Assembly: GCA_000432595.1 (NCBI GenBank)
Contig: HF996867.1
Location: 72,522 to 136,521, forward strand
Direction: 5' to 3'
Length of the DNA stretch: 64,000 bases
DNA from: Clostridium sp. CAG:710
Lineage (GTDB): Bacteria; Bacillota_I; Bacilli_A; RF39; UBA660
In this document: positions 40,801-51,210 of the stretch, piece after piece
Layout: every line of letters starts with the position of its first letter
How positions within the stretch are numbered: position 1 is the first letter of the stretch
Position numbers and translations under genes: made by a program
Notes under the pieces: model-generated
Seen by the model: the letters and a program-made list of their open reading frames with translations, nothing else
Database searches by the model: none
Told to the model about the DNA's origin: nothing

Positions 40801-40966
40801 AAACATCTATTATAGTCATAATGATGAAATTGAAGAAGCAATAGAAGAGTACAGAGATATGATTATGAAAGATACTCTTGCAGAACAAATAGATGAAAGA
40901 AATGACTTAACTGAAGAATTCAATATTAATGGAATAGAAGTAAAATTAGATGTTGCAAGAAGATAA
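37874..40966 (+). CDS. ileS: Isoleucine--tRNA ligase (type 2, long form)
   Basis: HMVAKF-type HIGH region (GLHHMVAK), KMHKSKGN (KMSKS), CP1 editing domain; 1030 aa. Confidence 0.95.
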   Translation: MKEIFKELSKEKVSRVEDEINENWKKMDILDKCIEGRTKDFVFYDGPATANGMPGLHHMVAKFLKDAFCKYHTMKGERVLRKIGWDTHGLPVEVQVEKKLGFKDKTDIEKFGIKEFNEECRKTVWENEKAFADLTTKMGQFIDLENRYITYDNNYIETEWWILKKFFDEGLFYEGAKILPYCTRCGTGLASHEVAQGYKEISVDTVIVPMKKKDEENTYFLVWTTTPWTLIANVALCVNPNEEYIKASSQGYNFIVAKKLANKVLGDDYEILETYKGSDLEYTEYEQLLPFLSVDKHAFYVTCDNYVTMEDGTGIVHLAPAFGADDANVGKKYGLPYLNPVGEDGCYTDGPWKGMRVFDADEVVIKYLKENDKLFKKQRMVHNYPHCWRCDTPLLYYSKPSFYLEVTKIKDKIIEANKTVHWFPEYVGEKRFGNWLENLNDWAISRSRYWGTPLPLWRCSCGHDEMIGSRKELAEKAIENIDESIELHRPYVDDVHIKCPECGGVMTRVKDVIDCWFDSGSMPFAQYHYPFENKELWKTQFPADFIAEGIDQTRGWFYSLLVISVFVTGKSPYKNVLVNELLLDKYGKKMHKSKGNSVEPFSLIEEYGADTIRWYLPYVSPVWTPIKFDEDGLKEVYSKFFNTLKNTYNFFALYANTDEVDARSLKVKYDDLEEIDKWLLSKYNKLVKYTTDAYEEYDLNKVVRSITDFVSEDLSNWYIRRNRRRFWAHDLDTSKKAVYKTTYDVLVGLTKLIAPVVPFISEEIYTALTNKESVHLAKFPKCDDKLIDEKIEEKMDLVRDLISLGRNVREEAKIKVRQPISEAILDGKNKNIIGDLTELIKEELNVKEIKFVDDLSIYMNYEVKPNFKVCGPLLGSSIKSFQGYVKNFNYGDIKNLEEGNEVKINLDGKEITITYDMLDVRITSKEGFNSTHEGNNFIVLNTTLNKDLINEGIARELISKIQQLRKNKDFNIVDRINIYYSHNDEIEEAIEEYRDMIMKDTLAEQIDERNDLTEEFNINGIEVKLDVARR

Positions 40967-41019
40967 AATATAAAGTAGAAATTAATTTTTCTACTTTTTT
41001 AATGCATATTTTGTCAAAT

Positions 41020-41046
41020 TTAGCACTCTCTATTGACAAGTGCTAA
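41020..41046 (+). promoter_or_regulatory. CIRCE (HrcA operator) overlapping the clpB promoter
   Basis: TTAGCACTC-N9-AAGTGCTAA, one mismatch to the consensus TTAGCACTC-N9-GAGTGCTAA. TTGACA (41033-41038) lies inside the spacer and TATAAT is at 41055-41060. Confidence 0.7.
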
Positions 41047-41081
41047 AAAATGAGTATAATTATACTTAAGAGGTGAGAAAT

Positions 41082-43175
41082 ATGTATCAAGAACAAAAAG
41101 AAGAAAATGTACTTAGTAAATATGGTAGAAATATTACTGAGGACGTTAAAAAAGGAAAAATTGATCCAGTAATAGGACGTGATGAAGAAATCAGAAGTAT
41201 TACTAGGATTTTATCTAGAAAAACAAAAAATAATCCAGTACTAATCGGTGAACCAGGTGTTGGTAAAACTGCAATAGTAGAAGGTCTTGCCCTAAGAATA
41301 GTAAAAGGAGATGTACCAAGTAGCCTAAAAGGTAAAACAATATGGGAACTAGATATGGCTAGCTTAGTAGCGGGAGCCAAATACCGTGGTGAGTTTGAGG
41401 AAAGATTAAAAAATGTTTTAAATGAAATTAAAAAAAGCAATGGAGATATAATCATGTTTATTGATGAAATACACATGATTGTAGGTACAGGTGCAGAAGG
41501 AGCAATGGATACATCTAATATATTAAAGCCAATGCTTGCTCGTGGTGAAATTCATGTTGTAGGAGCAACTACATTAAATGAATATAGAAAATATATTGAA
41601 AAAGATGGAGCACTAGAAAGACGTTTTCAAAAAATTAAAGTCTCAGAACCAACAGTAGAAGATACAATTACAATACTTAGGGGATTAAAGGAAAGATTTG
41701 AAATACATCATGGTGTTACTATCCAAGATAAAGCGTTAATTGCCGCAACAACATTATCTAATAGATATATCACAGATAGATTTTTACCAGATAAAGCAAT
41801 AGACTTAGTAGATGAAGCCTGCGCAACTATAAGAGTTCAAATGGATTCAGTTCCAACTGAACTAGATAAATTAACACGTGATATCATGAGATTACAAATA
41901 GAAAAACAAGCACTAAAAAAAGAAAAAGATGATATTTCTATTAAAAGAGTAAATGATATTAGTGAAAAACTTGTTAATATGCAAGCAAAAGAGAAAGAAC
42001 TAAAAGAAGCTTGGGATAAAGAAAAAAACATCAATGATAAAATAAAAGCTAAAAAAAGAGAAATAGAAAAAGCTAAGTTTGAATTAGACCAAGCAGAAAA
42101 TGAATATGATCTAGAAACTGCTGCTAGATTAAGACATGGTGATATACCTAGACTAGAAAAAGAATTAGAGGAATTAACTAATCTAGAGAAAAATAAAATA
42201 CTTAGTGATACAGTAACAGCTAATGACATCGCTACAGTTATATCTAAATGGACTAACATTCCAGTAAGTAAATTAATAAGTAGTGAAAAAGAGAAATTAC
42301 TTCACTTAAAAGAAAATATGGAAAAACGTGTTATGGGACAAGATGAAGCACTAACATTAGTTAGTGATGCCATAATAAAAAGTAGGAGTGGAATAAAAGA
42401 TCCTAATAGACCAATTGGTTCATTTATATTCCTAGGACCAACTGGTGTAGGTAAAACTGAAGTTGCTAGAACACTAGCATATGAATTATTTGATGATGAA
42501 AAACATATGATAAGAATTGATATGAGTGAATATATGGAAAAATTCAGTGTATCAAGACTTATAGGTTCTCCACCAGGATATGTAGGATATGAAGAAGGTG
42601 GTCAACTAACAGAGGCAGTAAGAAGAAATCCATACAGTATAGTACTATTTGACGAAATAGAAAAAGCACATCCAGAGGTTTTAAACTTATTACTTCAAAT
42701 ACTAGATGACGGTAGAGTAACTGATTCAAATGGTAGAACAGTAGACTTCAAAAATACAATTATAATAATGACATCTAACCTTGGTAGTGAACATATACTA
42801 GATGGTCATAAAGAGGAAGTTATGAATGAAGTAAAACATCACTTTAGACCAGAATTTATAAATAGGGTAGATGAAATAATTGTATTTAATCCACTTGATA
42901 AAGAAGCTATTTCTAAGATATTAATAAAAATAATTAAAGATATAGAAAAAAGACTAAAAGATGATAATATTAAATTAGATATTAGCGACAGTGCAAAAGA
43001 TTATCTAGTAGAAAATGGATATGATCCTGCGTTTGGTGCAAGACCACTTAAAAGATTAGTAGGTAGAACAGTAGAAGTGCTTCTATCTAACATGATAATA
43101 AATAATGAAATTAAACCTAACTCTACATATTTAATAGATTATAAAAATGATAAATTTGTAATCGAAAAAGAATAG
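41082..43175 (+). CDS. clpB: ClpB-type AAA+ disaggregase lacking the N-terminal domain
   Basis: Two AAA+ modules ([13 protein letters not shown]; [12 protein letters not shown]) separated by a long coiled-coil middle domain. The protein starts about 15 residues before the [13 protein letters not shown] motif. Confidence 0.9.
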   Translation: MYQEQKEENVLSKYGRNITEDVKKGKIDPVIGRDEEIRSITRILSRKTKNNPVLIGEPGVGKTAIVEGLALRIVKGDVPSSLKGKTIWELDMASLVAGAKYRGEFEERLKNVLNEIKKSNGDIIMFIDEIHMIVGTGAEGAMDTSNILKPMLARGEIHVVGATTLNEYRKYIEKDGALERRFQKIKVSEPTVEDTITILRGLKERFEIHHGVTIQDKALIAATTLSNRYITDRFLPDKAIDLVDEACATIRVQMDSVPTELDKLTRDIMRLQIEKQALKKEKDDISIKRVNDISEKLVNMQAKEKELKEAWDKEKNINDKIKAKKREIEKAKFELDQAENEYDLETAARLRHGDIPRLEKELEELTNLEKNKILSDTVTANDIATVISKWTNIPVSKLISSEKEKLLHLKENMEKRVMGQDEALTLVSDAIIKSRSGIKDPNRPIGSFIFLGPTGVGKTEVARTLAYELFDDEKHMIRIDMSEYMEKFSVSRLIGSPPGYVGYEEGGQLTEAVRRNPYSIVLFDEIEKAHPEVLNLLLQILDDGRVTDSNGRTVDFKNTIIIMTSNLGSEHILDGHKEEVMNEVKHHFRPEFINRVDEIIVFNPLDKEAISKILIKIIKDIEKRLKDDNIKLDISDSAKDYLVENGYDPAFGARPLKRLVGRTVEVLLSNMIINNEIKPNSTYLIDYKNDKFVIEKE

Positions 43176-43343
43176 TAAATAAGTGTAAAGTACTAAAACA
43201 AAACTTTTACATATAATATTATAATATGATATAATTAATATGTGATTTATCACTGGTCTTGATTTGACAATTATTCTCTCTTAATTAATATTTAATAGAA
43301 ATAACTAGTTCAAGAAGATCTAATATTAAGTAAGGAGGAAAAT

Positions 43344-43511
43344 ATGCCAGAATACAAAGACAAAGTTATTAAATGTACTGACTGTGGAGAAGAATTCATC
43401 TTTACAGCTGGGGAACAAGCTTTCTATGCTGAAAAAGGTTTCAATAATGAACCTAAAAGATGTAAACCATGTCGTGAAAAAAGAAAACAAGAAAAAAAAG
43501 AGAATAAGTAA
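43344..43511 (+). CDS. Small zinc-ribbon protein
   Basis: Not in the ORF track (55 aa). RBS AAGGAGG; CTDCGEEF...RCKPCR gives two CxxC pairs. Confidence 0.6.
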   Translation: MPEYKDKVIKCTDCGEEFIFTAGEQAFYAEKGFNNEPKRCKPCREKRKQEKKENK

Positions 43512-43574
43512 TTATATAGAGATGAAAATCTCTTTTTTTCGTGGTATAATTTAATTAGAATAGGTGTTGATAGT

Positions 43575-44231
43575 ATGAAAAAGAAATTATATATGTTAAT
43601 AACAATATTATGTATGTTACTAACTCTATATCCAACCTCTATATTTGCCTTATCAAAAAAAGAAGTGAAATTAAGCAAATGTGTAGATGGTGATACTGCA
43701 AGGTTTATATTAAATAAGGAAGAAATAAAAGCAAGGTTTCTAGCTATAGATACTCCAGAGTCTGTTCATCCAACCAAGAAAGTAGAACCATATGGAAAAG
43801 AAGCAAGTGAATATACTTGTAATGCCCTTAAAAACGCAAAAAAAATCACTATAGAGTATGATTCGGGTAGTGATAAAACAGATAAATATAAAAGACATTT
43901 AGTTTGGGTTTATGTAGATGATGTACTATTACAGAAGACCCTAATAGAAAAAGGATATGCTAAAGTTGCTTATCTATATGGAAAATATCAATATACAGAT
44001 GAATTAAAAGATGTAGAAGAAAAAGCAAAAACATCAAAAAAAGGCATTTGGTCACTTGATAATACCGAAACCGAAGCAAAAAAAGAAAATACTTCAAAAA
44101 GTAAAACCTCAAAAAAGAGTACGAAAAAAAATAAAAATACCAACAGTATAGATAAATTATTAACTGATTTCTGTGAAATTTTAGAGAAAATATTAGATTT
44201 TTTCACTGATTTAGCAAATGCTATGGTATAA
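43575..44231 (+). CDS. Secreted thermonuclease (micrococcal nuclease family)
   Basis: Signal peptide, CVDGDTARF, RFLAIDTPE, RHLVWVY, EKGYAKV. Confidence 0.85.
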   Translation: MKKKLYMLITILCMLLTLYPTSIFALSKKEVKLSKCVDGDTARFILNKEEIKARFLAIDTPESVHPTKKVEPYGKEASEYTCNALKNAKKITIEYDSGSDKTDKYKRHLVWVYVDDVLLQKTLIEKGYAKVAYLYGKYQYTDELKDVEEKAKTSKKGIWSLDNTETEAKKENTSKSKTSKKSTKKNKNTNSIDKLLTDFCEILEKILDFFTDLANAMV

Positions 44232-44261
44232 TTAATTTATAAGTTTTTAGGAGGGTTTGTT

Positions 44262-44759
44262 ATGAAAGAACAAAATGGAACAAAAAAAGAAAAAATACAA
44301 GGAATCATTATAGCGGTATTAGCAATAATTATAGTTATTGGAGGATCATTCTTTGCTTCTGAATTAAAATATTGTAAATCAAATAGTAAAGATGTAGAAT
44401 TAGAAGAAATTGGTATGACTGAATTTACTACATTATTAAATGGAGAATCTGCAGAAATTATTTATCTTGCAAGACCTGGATGTGCTTTCTGTCAAAAACA
44501 AGAGCCAATAGTAAAACAAATTATTGCTGAACACGATGTAGTATTCCATTATTTAAATACTGATAATTTAACACAAGATCAATTTAATGCAATTATTGAT
44601 TTAGATGAAGATGAAAGTCTATTTGGTGAGAATGGTAAAAACTTTGGAACACCTACTGTATTAATTGTAAAAGAAGGAAAAATTGTTGATGCACAGGTAG
44701 GTTATACTGAAAAAGCAGAATTTGAAAAATTCTTACAAAATAATGGTTTTATATCATAA
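44262..44759 (+). CDS. Membrane-anchored thioredoxin-like protein
   Basis: N-terminal TM segment, CAFC redox motif, GTPT cis-Pro region. Confidence 0.6.
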   Translation: MKEQNGTKKEKIQGIIIAVLAIIIVIGGSFFASELKYCKSNSKDVELEEIGMTEFTTLLNGESAEIIYLARPGCAFCQKQEPIVKQIIAEHDVVFHYLNTDNLTQDQFNAIIDLDEDESLFGENGKNFGTPTVLIVKEGKIVDAQVGYTEKAEFEKFLQNNGFIS

Positions 44760-44838
44760 GAGGTAATACCTCTTTTTCTTTTTGTAAAAAAATGATATAA
44801 TGTATGCATATAAAATATTATTATAGAGGTGTATCTTT

Positions 44839-45528
44839 ATGAAAGAATATTGTAAATATTGTGGTAGAAAAATCACAAAAAGTGATAATGTATGTCCAGG
44901 ATGTGGAGGAAGGCTAGAAGAGGAATCTACTTCATCAATTAATCAAAATAATATAAATAGACCATATACTTCAAGTAAAAAGAAAGATTTTAGAATAGTG
45001 TTACTTTTAATGATACCAGCATTTCTATTTGTAGTATTTCCATTTTTAATTGCCTTTATTGTAGGAATGGCAGATTTAGATACTGAAATATCATCACTAA
45101 AAGAAAAAACAAAAGAAGAAATAGAAAAAAGTGAAGATGTAATTGGATTTGATGAGAAGTTTGTATTTGATGATTTAGTAATTAGTTTTGGCAGTGAATA
45201 TGAATTTGTCCCAGTAGAAAATACTATTACAGGCATCAATGAAACACAAGCAATAAAAATACCAATAACTATTACTAATATAGGTAACAAATCTTCTAAA
45301 TTAAGTCCACTAGTATATGAAGTTTATACTCCTTTTAACAAGACGGCAAAAAATATAAATGCATATTTTGAAGATAATATAGATTCTGCACAAGAACTAA
45401 AAGCAGGAGAGTCATATACAAAATATATTTATGTCTTATATGATGGTGATGGTGCTTATAAAATAAAATTTACTAATCAAAATAAAGAAATAATCATAAA
45501 ATTAGAAATTAGTAAAAACAAAGTATAA
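44839..45528 (+). CDS. Zinc-ribbon / DUF4352-like membrane protein
   Basis: CKYCG...CPGCG, one TM segment, and a C-terminal beta-rich domain. Confidence 0.45.
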   Translation: MKEYCKYCGRKITKSDNVCPGCGGRLEEESTSSINQNNINRPYTSSKKKDFRIVLLLMIPAFLFVVFPFLIAFIVGMADLDTEISSLKEKTKEEIEKSEDVIGFDEKFVFDDLVISFGSEYEFVPVENTITGINETQAIKIPITITNIGNKSSKLSPLVYEVYTPFNKTAKNINAYFEDNIDSAQELKAGESYTKYIYVLYDGDGAYKIKFTNQNKEIIIKLEISKNKV

Positions 45529-45604
45529 AAAAATTGACAATAAAAGTCAATTTTTTTTATGAATATCTTTTCTTCTTGCATATAATCTAATAGGAGGTAT
45601 ATGT

Positions 45605-46048
45605 ATGGACACTTATATAGTTAAACAAAATGAACAACTATCAGATATTGCTGGGAAATTTGGAATAAGCGTTGAAGATATATTAAAGGTTAATAATTAT
45701 AACTTAACTAACTTGAAACCAGGAGATAAAATAAATGTACCAATCAGAGTAAATGAAAATTTTGATTCTTATGTTGTTAAAAAAGGAGACACACTATATA
45801 AAATAGCTAGTATACATAATGTAGATGCAAATACATTAGCAGAAGTAAATGGAATAAAAACATATGATTATTTATATCCAGATCAAATACTTATAATTCC
45901 AAGAAGCAATGTAGAAGTGTATGTAACACAACTAGGGGATACATTAGATGCAGTAGCAATAAAACTAGGAAGTTCTAAAGAAACACTAATTGAAGAGAAC
46001 AAAACAATATATTTATTGCCAGAACAACTAATTGTATATAGAAAATAA
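45605..46048 (+). CDS. LysM-repeat protein
   Basis: Three LysM-like units (YIVKQNEQLSDIAGKFG; YVVKKGDTLYKIASIHN; YVTQLGDTLDAVAIKLG). Confidence 0.8.
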   Translation: MDTYIVKQNEQLSDIAGKFGISVEDILKVNNYNLTNLKPGDKINVPIRVNENFDSYVVKKGDTLYKIASIHNVDANTLAEVNGIKTYDYLYPDQILIIPRSNVEVYVTQLGDTLDAVAIKLGSSKETLIEENKTIYLLPEQLIVYRK

Positions 46049-46059
46049 TTACACGCAGA

Positions 46060-46923
46060 TTATATCTGCTTTTTTTTAACAAATTCATATATTACTTTTG
46101 CGGCATTTTCATTTCCAATTTGAGAACCTATACATAAATCATAGTTAGATTTATCACCCCAAACTTTGTTAGTGATTACACTATAATAATTTGATCTTGA
46201 AGAATCAGATTTTTTAATTTGCTTAATAGCATCTTCATAACTATCATTATAATTTTTCATTATATTTTGAACCCTATAATTAACAGGAGCATAAATAAAG
46301 ATTTTTACTAAATTCTTATTATTTTTTAATATATAATCAGATGCTCTTCCTATAATAACAGCATCATGTAGAAGTGCAATTTCATTAATTACTTTTGATT
46401 GATTAATTATTGCTTCTTTATTAACATCTAATGCTAAAAAGTTACTATATAATTCTTCATCCATAAGATTTGAAGCTAAACTATTACCAACAGCAAAATC
46501 CTTAATTTCTTCTTTATCATAAAAAGCAATATTAAGCATTCCATTAGTACCATGTTCTCTAGATATAGAAATAATTAAATTGTTAGAAGTTTTTTCTTCT
46601 CTGATACATTTAATTTTAGCGTTATATGAACTCTTAAGTATAAGCATAGAAATAATTGCAGTTAATAGTTCGCTTATTGGAAAAGCAAACCATACTAAAG
46701 TTAGTACATCATTAGATAAAGTGAATACATATACTAGTGGAAAAACAAATATAACCAATCTAAGTAGTGAAATAATTAAAGGTCTTAATGCATAATTAAT
46801 AGATTGTAATATACCTTGAACACTAATAGAAAATCCCATAAATATAAATCCAATGCTTGCAATTCTAAGTGAGGTTGTACAAACATTTATTATTTCACTA
46901 GTACTAGAACCAAGAGCAAACAA
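46060..46923 (-). pseudogene. Chimeric ORF: MATE-transporter C-terminal fragment fused to a cytidylate-kinase-like fragment
   Basis: The first about 100 aa are 3 TM helices typical of a MATE C-terminus. ISISREHGTNG then starts a cytidylate-kinase-like family domain with an apparent internal deletion. Confidence 0.5.
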
Positions 46924-47032
46924 ACTAGATAATGGCTTAGCAAATACCTCAAATAATATAGTTATTATTAATGTAGTTACTAAAGTATCAATTTATCCAG
47001 TAAGTATAGAGATAAGCTTATTAAAATTTCAA

Positions 47033-47329
47033 ATGACAAATGATTATCCATATGAATGTACTGCTGGAAAAACACTTTTGACAGTTATGGAAAATGGCGA
47101 TTTAGTTTCATGTAGGAGAATGCCAATATTTGTAGGAAATTTATTAGAAGAAAATATGTATGACTTATATAAAAAAAGTAAAATAATAAAAGGACTTCAA
47201 AAAGATACAACTCCCACAGAGTGTAGGAGTTGTGAACATTCTAAATTATGTGCCGGAGGATTAAAATGTCTTACATATGCCATTTATAGAGATTTAAACC
47301 ATAAAGATGTAGGATGTAATATAAACTAA
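47033..47329 (+). pseudogene. 3' fragment of a radical SAM/SPASM-domain gene
   Basis: CTAGKTLLTVMENGDLVSCRRMP...CRSCEHSKLCAGGLKC is a SPASM-type Cys pattern. No radical SAM core lies upstream. Confidence 0.5.
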
Positions 47330-47340
47330 AAACAAAACAT

Positions 47341-47853
47341 TCATCGTTTTGTTTTTATTTTAACCTCTTTAATATATAAATCTTTTCCTATGTCTTCTTC
47401 AACTTTTTTAGCTATTAGTATAGGATCAACTTTAGTTATTTCATTAAAAGCCCCACTAAATATAAAACCATTTAAATATGAAGTGAAATTATATGGGGTA
47501 CATTCTATATAACCTTGATTTAATATTTTATTAGAAAAATCCTCATAGTTGTCAATCATATAATTATAAAAAGCAGTATTAGAATAAAATTGCCCATAAG
47601 TAGGGTCAACAATAAACCATTTTGCTCCATTTGTAGTATTGAAGCCTATTAAACTACTTCTATGAAAAGGAGCTCCCGGTATCAAATCATGAACTCTTAT
47701 TTGTTCGTAACCTAAATTATTAACAATTGCGAATTTAAAGTTCTCTTTATCACATTCATTACATAACTTTTCCACTTCTTCTGGGAATATTTTAATATTA
47801 TATCCCTTACGTAATAAATCAACTTGTGTTTTAATAACTTCATCTAATTTCAT
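47341..47853 (-). CDS. Hypothetical protein
   Basis: 170-aa uninterrupted ORF; no motif recognised. Confidence 0.4.
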   Translation of the reverse strand: MKLDEVIKTQVDLLRKGYNIKIFPEEVEKLCNECDKENFKFAIVNNLGYEQIRVHDLIPGAPFHRSSLIGFNTTNGAKWFIVDPTYGQFYSNTAFYNYMIDNYEDFSNKILNQGYIECTPYNFTSYLNGFIFSGAFNEITKVDPILIAKKVEEDIGKDLYIKEVKIKTKR

Positions 47854-48373
47854 AGTTCACCTCAAATTTATATATATTATACCACTTTTTTAATAAGTAT
47901 AGAATTATATAAATTATTTTATAAATATACTTTAAAATGACATGACAAGCATGATAAAATTAAAAAAATATGTAATTACGAAAAAAGAAAAGAAATATAT
48001 GATTTATATTAGTATTTTGCGTGTGAGAGACAAATATTTTTGCAAAGAAAAAAGTGAAAAATCATATTCCTGACAAATGATATTATTCTGTAAGAATATA
48101 AGGCTTGCAATAGTTATAGGGTGGCAGTAAACATTTATAAAAAAGTATTATATATAATCGTAAGATATATTATTTAGAATAATTCTTTTTAAACTATTTA
48201 ACAAAAAAAATATAAGTTATGGTATAATTATACATAGAAATAGCAAACTGATTATTAATTTTACACAATGGAGGCACAGAAAATATATAAAGCAATTGTT
48301 ATAGAATATTTTAAAAAGGCAGGCACCATGGCAAAAAAATAGAAGAAAAATCTAATTTAATAAGGGGAAGATT

Positions 48374-48577
48374 ATGAAAAAATTAAGAGTAGGAACAATA
48401 TTAATTGCATTAGGAAATTTATTATATTTATCCTATATATTTTTCTGTGGAAGCAAAACAAGTGATTTTGGTAATTTTAGTAGTGGACTATTATTAGGAC
48501 TATCAATTGGTTGCAACTTCATAGGTATAATTTTGACTGTAGCATATATCACTAAAAACAATAAATCAAAAAATTAA
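48374..48577 (+). CDS. Small two-TM membrane protein
   Basis: RBS AGGGGAAG; two hydrophobic segments. Confidence 0.4.
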   Translation: MKKLRVGTILIALGNLLYLSYIFFCGSKTSDFGNFSSGLLLGLSIGCNFIGIILTVAYITKNNKSKN

Positions 48578-48639
48578 AAAATAGTTAAAAAAAGAATTAT
48601 CAAAATAATAATTATTCTACAAATTGGAGATGAAAAGGA

Positions 48640-51189
48640 ATGTATTCTAAAAATGAAGAAGAAATATTTAAATCTTTAAATAGTAATATTAATGGACTAG
48701 ATAGTAAAGAAGCAAAGAAAAGATTAAGCAATTATGGACAAAACATTATATTGAGCAAGAAGAAAAAACCATGGATTTTAAGATTCTTAAAACAATTTAA
48801 TGATACTATGATCATCATATTATTAGTAGTTGCACTACTTTTATATTTTTATGGATATTTTTATTCTCACGAGTATACTGATACTATTGTCATACTTTTT
48901 GTAGTCTTTATAAATGCTATTGTTGGATTTATACAAGAGGAAAAAGCCACTTTAATATTAAGAGATTTAAAAAAATATGAAACTAGTACTTGTAAAGTTA
49001 AAAGAAATGACAAAATAATAGTAATAAACACCAAAGAATTAGTTCCAGGAGATATAATTTATTTAGAATCTGGAGAAACTGTACCTGCTGATATCAGAAT
49101 CCTTTCATGTGAGAATTTAAAAGTAGATGAATCAGCACTAACCGGAGAAAGTGTTCCGATTCAAAAAAGTTCAGATGTTTTAAAAGAAAACTTAATTCTT
49201 CAAGAACAAAAAAATATGTTGTTTTTAGGGACAAACATTACCAATGGAAAATGCACTGGTATAGTTGTAAGCACAGGGAAAAATAGTGAGTTAGGTAAAA
49301 TTGCATTATCATTAAATGAAATTGATAGAATAGAAACTCCATTGCAATTAAAGATAAAAGAACTATCTAAAAAAATAACATTAATAGTATTTATTATTTT
49401 AATCTTTATATTTATTTTAGCATTGATTAATAAATATACGATATTAGAAATTATAATGCTATGTTCATCACTAGCAGTAGCAGCCATTCCTGAAGGATTA
49501 CCAACCGTAATTACAATAACTTTATCTGTCGGTATATCTAACTTGGCAAAAAAGAAAACAGTAGTAAAACAAATGCAAGCAGTTGAAACTTTAGGAGCAA
49601 TAGATATTATTTGTTCAGATAAAACAGGGACTATAACTCAAAATAAAATGTCTGTTAATGAAGAATATATTTTAGATGAGAATATGCTTAATTATATATG
49701 TGCTCTTTGCAATGATGGACTTATTTATAAAGATAAATATGTTGGAGATCCTACAGAAACTTGTTTATATGATTACTTATATAATAAAAAGCTTGATCCA
49801 CTTAAAATAAGAAAAAAATGCGAGAGAATATTGGATATCCCATTTGATAGTGAAAGAAAGATGTTCACTACTTTAAATAAAATTGATAACGATATATATA
49901 TACTATGTAAAGGTAGTATGGATTCTTTAATAGAAAAAGTAAATTTAACTAAAAGCGAGAAAAAGAATGTTCTAGATAAGGTTAAAACGTTATCTAAAGA
50001 TGCTTTGAGAACCCTGGGGTTTGCTTATAAAAAAATAAATTATATACCAAAAGATATTAAAGAGCTAGAAAAAGAAGAAAATAATTTATCATTTGCAGGT
50101 ATATTAGGGATGATAGACCCACCAAGGGAAAGTGTTAAGAAAAGCGTTCTTTTATGTAAAAATGCTGGAATTAGACCTATCATGATTACAGGAGACTCTA
50201 TAGATACAGCAACAGCTATTGCCAAAAATGTTGGAATTATAGATAATGACAACGAAGCAATGCTTGGAAGCGAACTTGACAAATATAATGATAAAGAACT
50301 AAAAGATATTGTGAAAAAGTATTCAGTATTTGCAAGAGTTAATCCATCTCACAAGGAAAGAATTGTTTTTGCGCTTCAAAATAGTGGAAAAATAGTAGCA
50401 ATGACTGGAGATGGAGTAAATGATGCTCCTGCTATTAAAGATGCCCATGTTGGCGTAGGAATGGGTATTACCGGGACCGATGTTACAAAGTCAGCTTCGG
50501 ATATAGTATTAATGGATGATTCTTTTTCAACAATCGTTGTAGCAGTTGAAGAAGGAAGAAGAATATATAATAATATTAGAAATAATATAGTATTTTCATT
50601 ATCAAGTAATTTTGCTGAGATATTTACTATTGTTATAGGTCTTCTTACTAAAACAACAATTTTATTACCCATTTACATTTTATTTATTGATTTGGTGACA
50701 GATTCTATTCCTAGCATATGTTTATCTTTTGAAAAGAGTGAAGATGGCATAATGAATAAAAAACCAAGAGGTATTAATAAGCCATTATTTACATCATTTA
50801 TTAAATCTTGCATTGCATCTTCTGCTATAATAGAAACTATATTTGTAGTTATTACTTATTTTATTAGTTTAAAAATATATGGACAAGAAACAGCTATGTC
50901 ATTAGCACTTCTTTCAATGGTAGTTCAAGAAATTGTTTATTCGGTATCTTGCAGAAATTTAAAACAATCTGTTATTAGGCAAGGACTATTTTCAAACAAA
51001 ACAATGAATTATGGACTATTATTAATACTTTTAATTGAATTTATAGTGTTCGTTACACCACTTGGTAAATTAATAAGTATAACATCAATAGATTTCGCTT
51101 TAATACTAGTAGTATTTTTAATAAATTTAATGTCAATTTTTATTTATGAGTTAATTAAACCATTGTTAGTTAGATATTTTAAAGATTAA
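48640..51189 (+). CDS. P-type ATPase, type IIA (Ca2+-transporter-like)
   Basis: TGES, CSDKTGTITQNKM, MITGD, TGDGVNDAPAIK, PEGLP in TM4. Confidence 0.9.
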   Translation: MYSKNEEEIFKSLNSNINGLDSKEAKKRLSNYGQNIILSKKKKPWILRFLKQFNDTMIIILLVVALLLYFYGYFYSHEYTDTIVILFVVFINAIVGFIQEEKATLILRDLKKYETSTCKVKRNDKIIVINTKELVPGDIIYLESGETVPADIRILSCENLKVDESALTGESVPIQKSSDVLKENLILQEQKNMLFLGTNITNGKCTGIVVSTGKNSELGKIALSLNEIDRIETPLQLKIKELSKKITLIVFIILIFIFILALINKYTILEIIMLCSSLAVAAIPEGLPTVITITLSVGISNLAKKKTVVKQMQAVETLGAIDIICSDKTGTITQNKMSVNEEYILDENMLNYICALCNDGLIYKDKYVGDPTETCLYDYLYNKKLDPLKIRKKCERILDIPFDSERKMFTTLNKIDNDIYILCKGSMDSLIEKVNLTKSEKKNVLDKVKTLSKDALRTLGFAYKKINYIPKDIKELEKEENNLSFAGILGMIDPPRESVKKSVLLCKNAGIRPIMITGDSIDTATAIAKNVGIIDNDNEAMLGSELDKYNDKELKDIVKKYSVFARVNPSHKERIVFALQNSGKIVAMTGDGVNDAPAIKDAHVGVGMGITGTDVTKSASDIVLMDDSFSTIVVAVEEGRRIYNNIRNNIVFSLSSNFAEIFTIVIGLLTKTTILLPIYILFIDLVTDSIPSICLSFEKSEDGIMNKKPRGINKPLFTSFIKSCIASSAIIETIFVVITYFISLKIYGQETAMSLALLSMVVQEIVYSVSCRNLKQSVIRQGLFSNKTMNYGLLLILLIEFIVFVTPLGKLISITSIDFALILVVFLINLMSIFIYELIKPLLVRYFKD

Positions 51190-51210
51190 AAGTATGTAAG
51201 GAGTAAAAAT

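Noticed and set aside
47860-48373. Metal (yybP-ykoY or M-box type) riboswitch upstream of the P-type ATPase
   Set aside because: Only an isolated GAGAGAC word (about 48027) resembles the yybP-ykoY core. The paired conserved halves are not present, and the likely promoter (about 48200-48232) lies downstream of that word.
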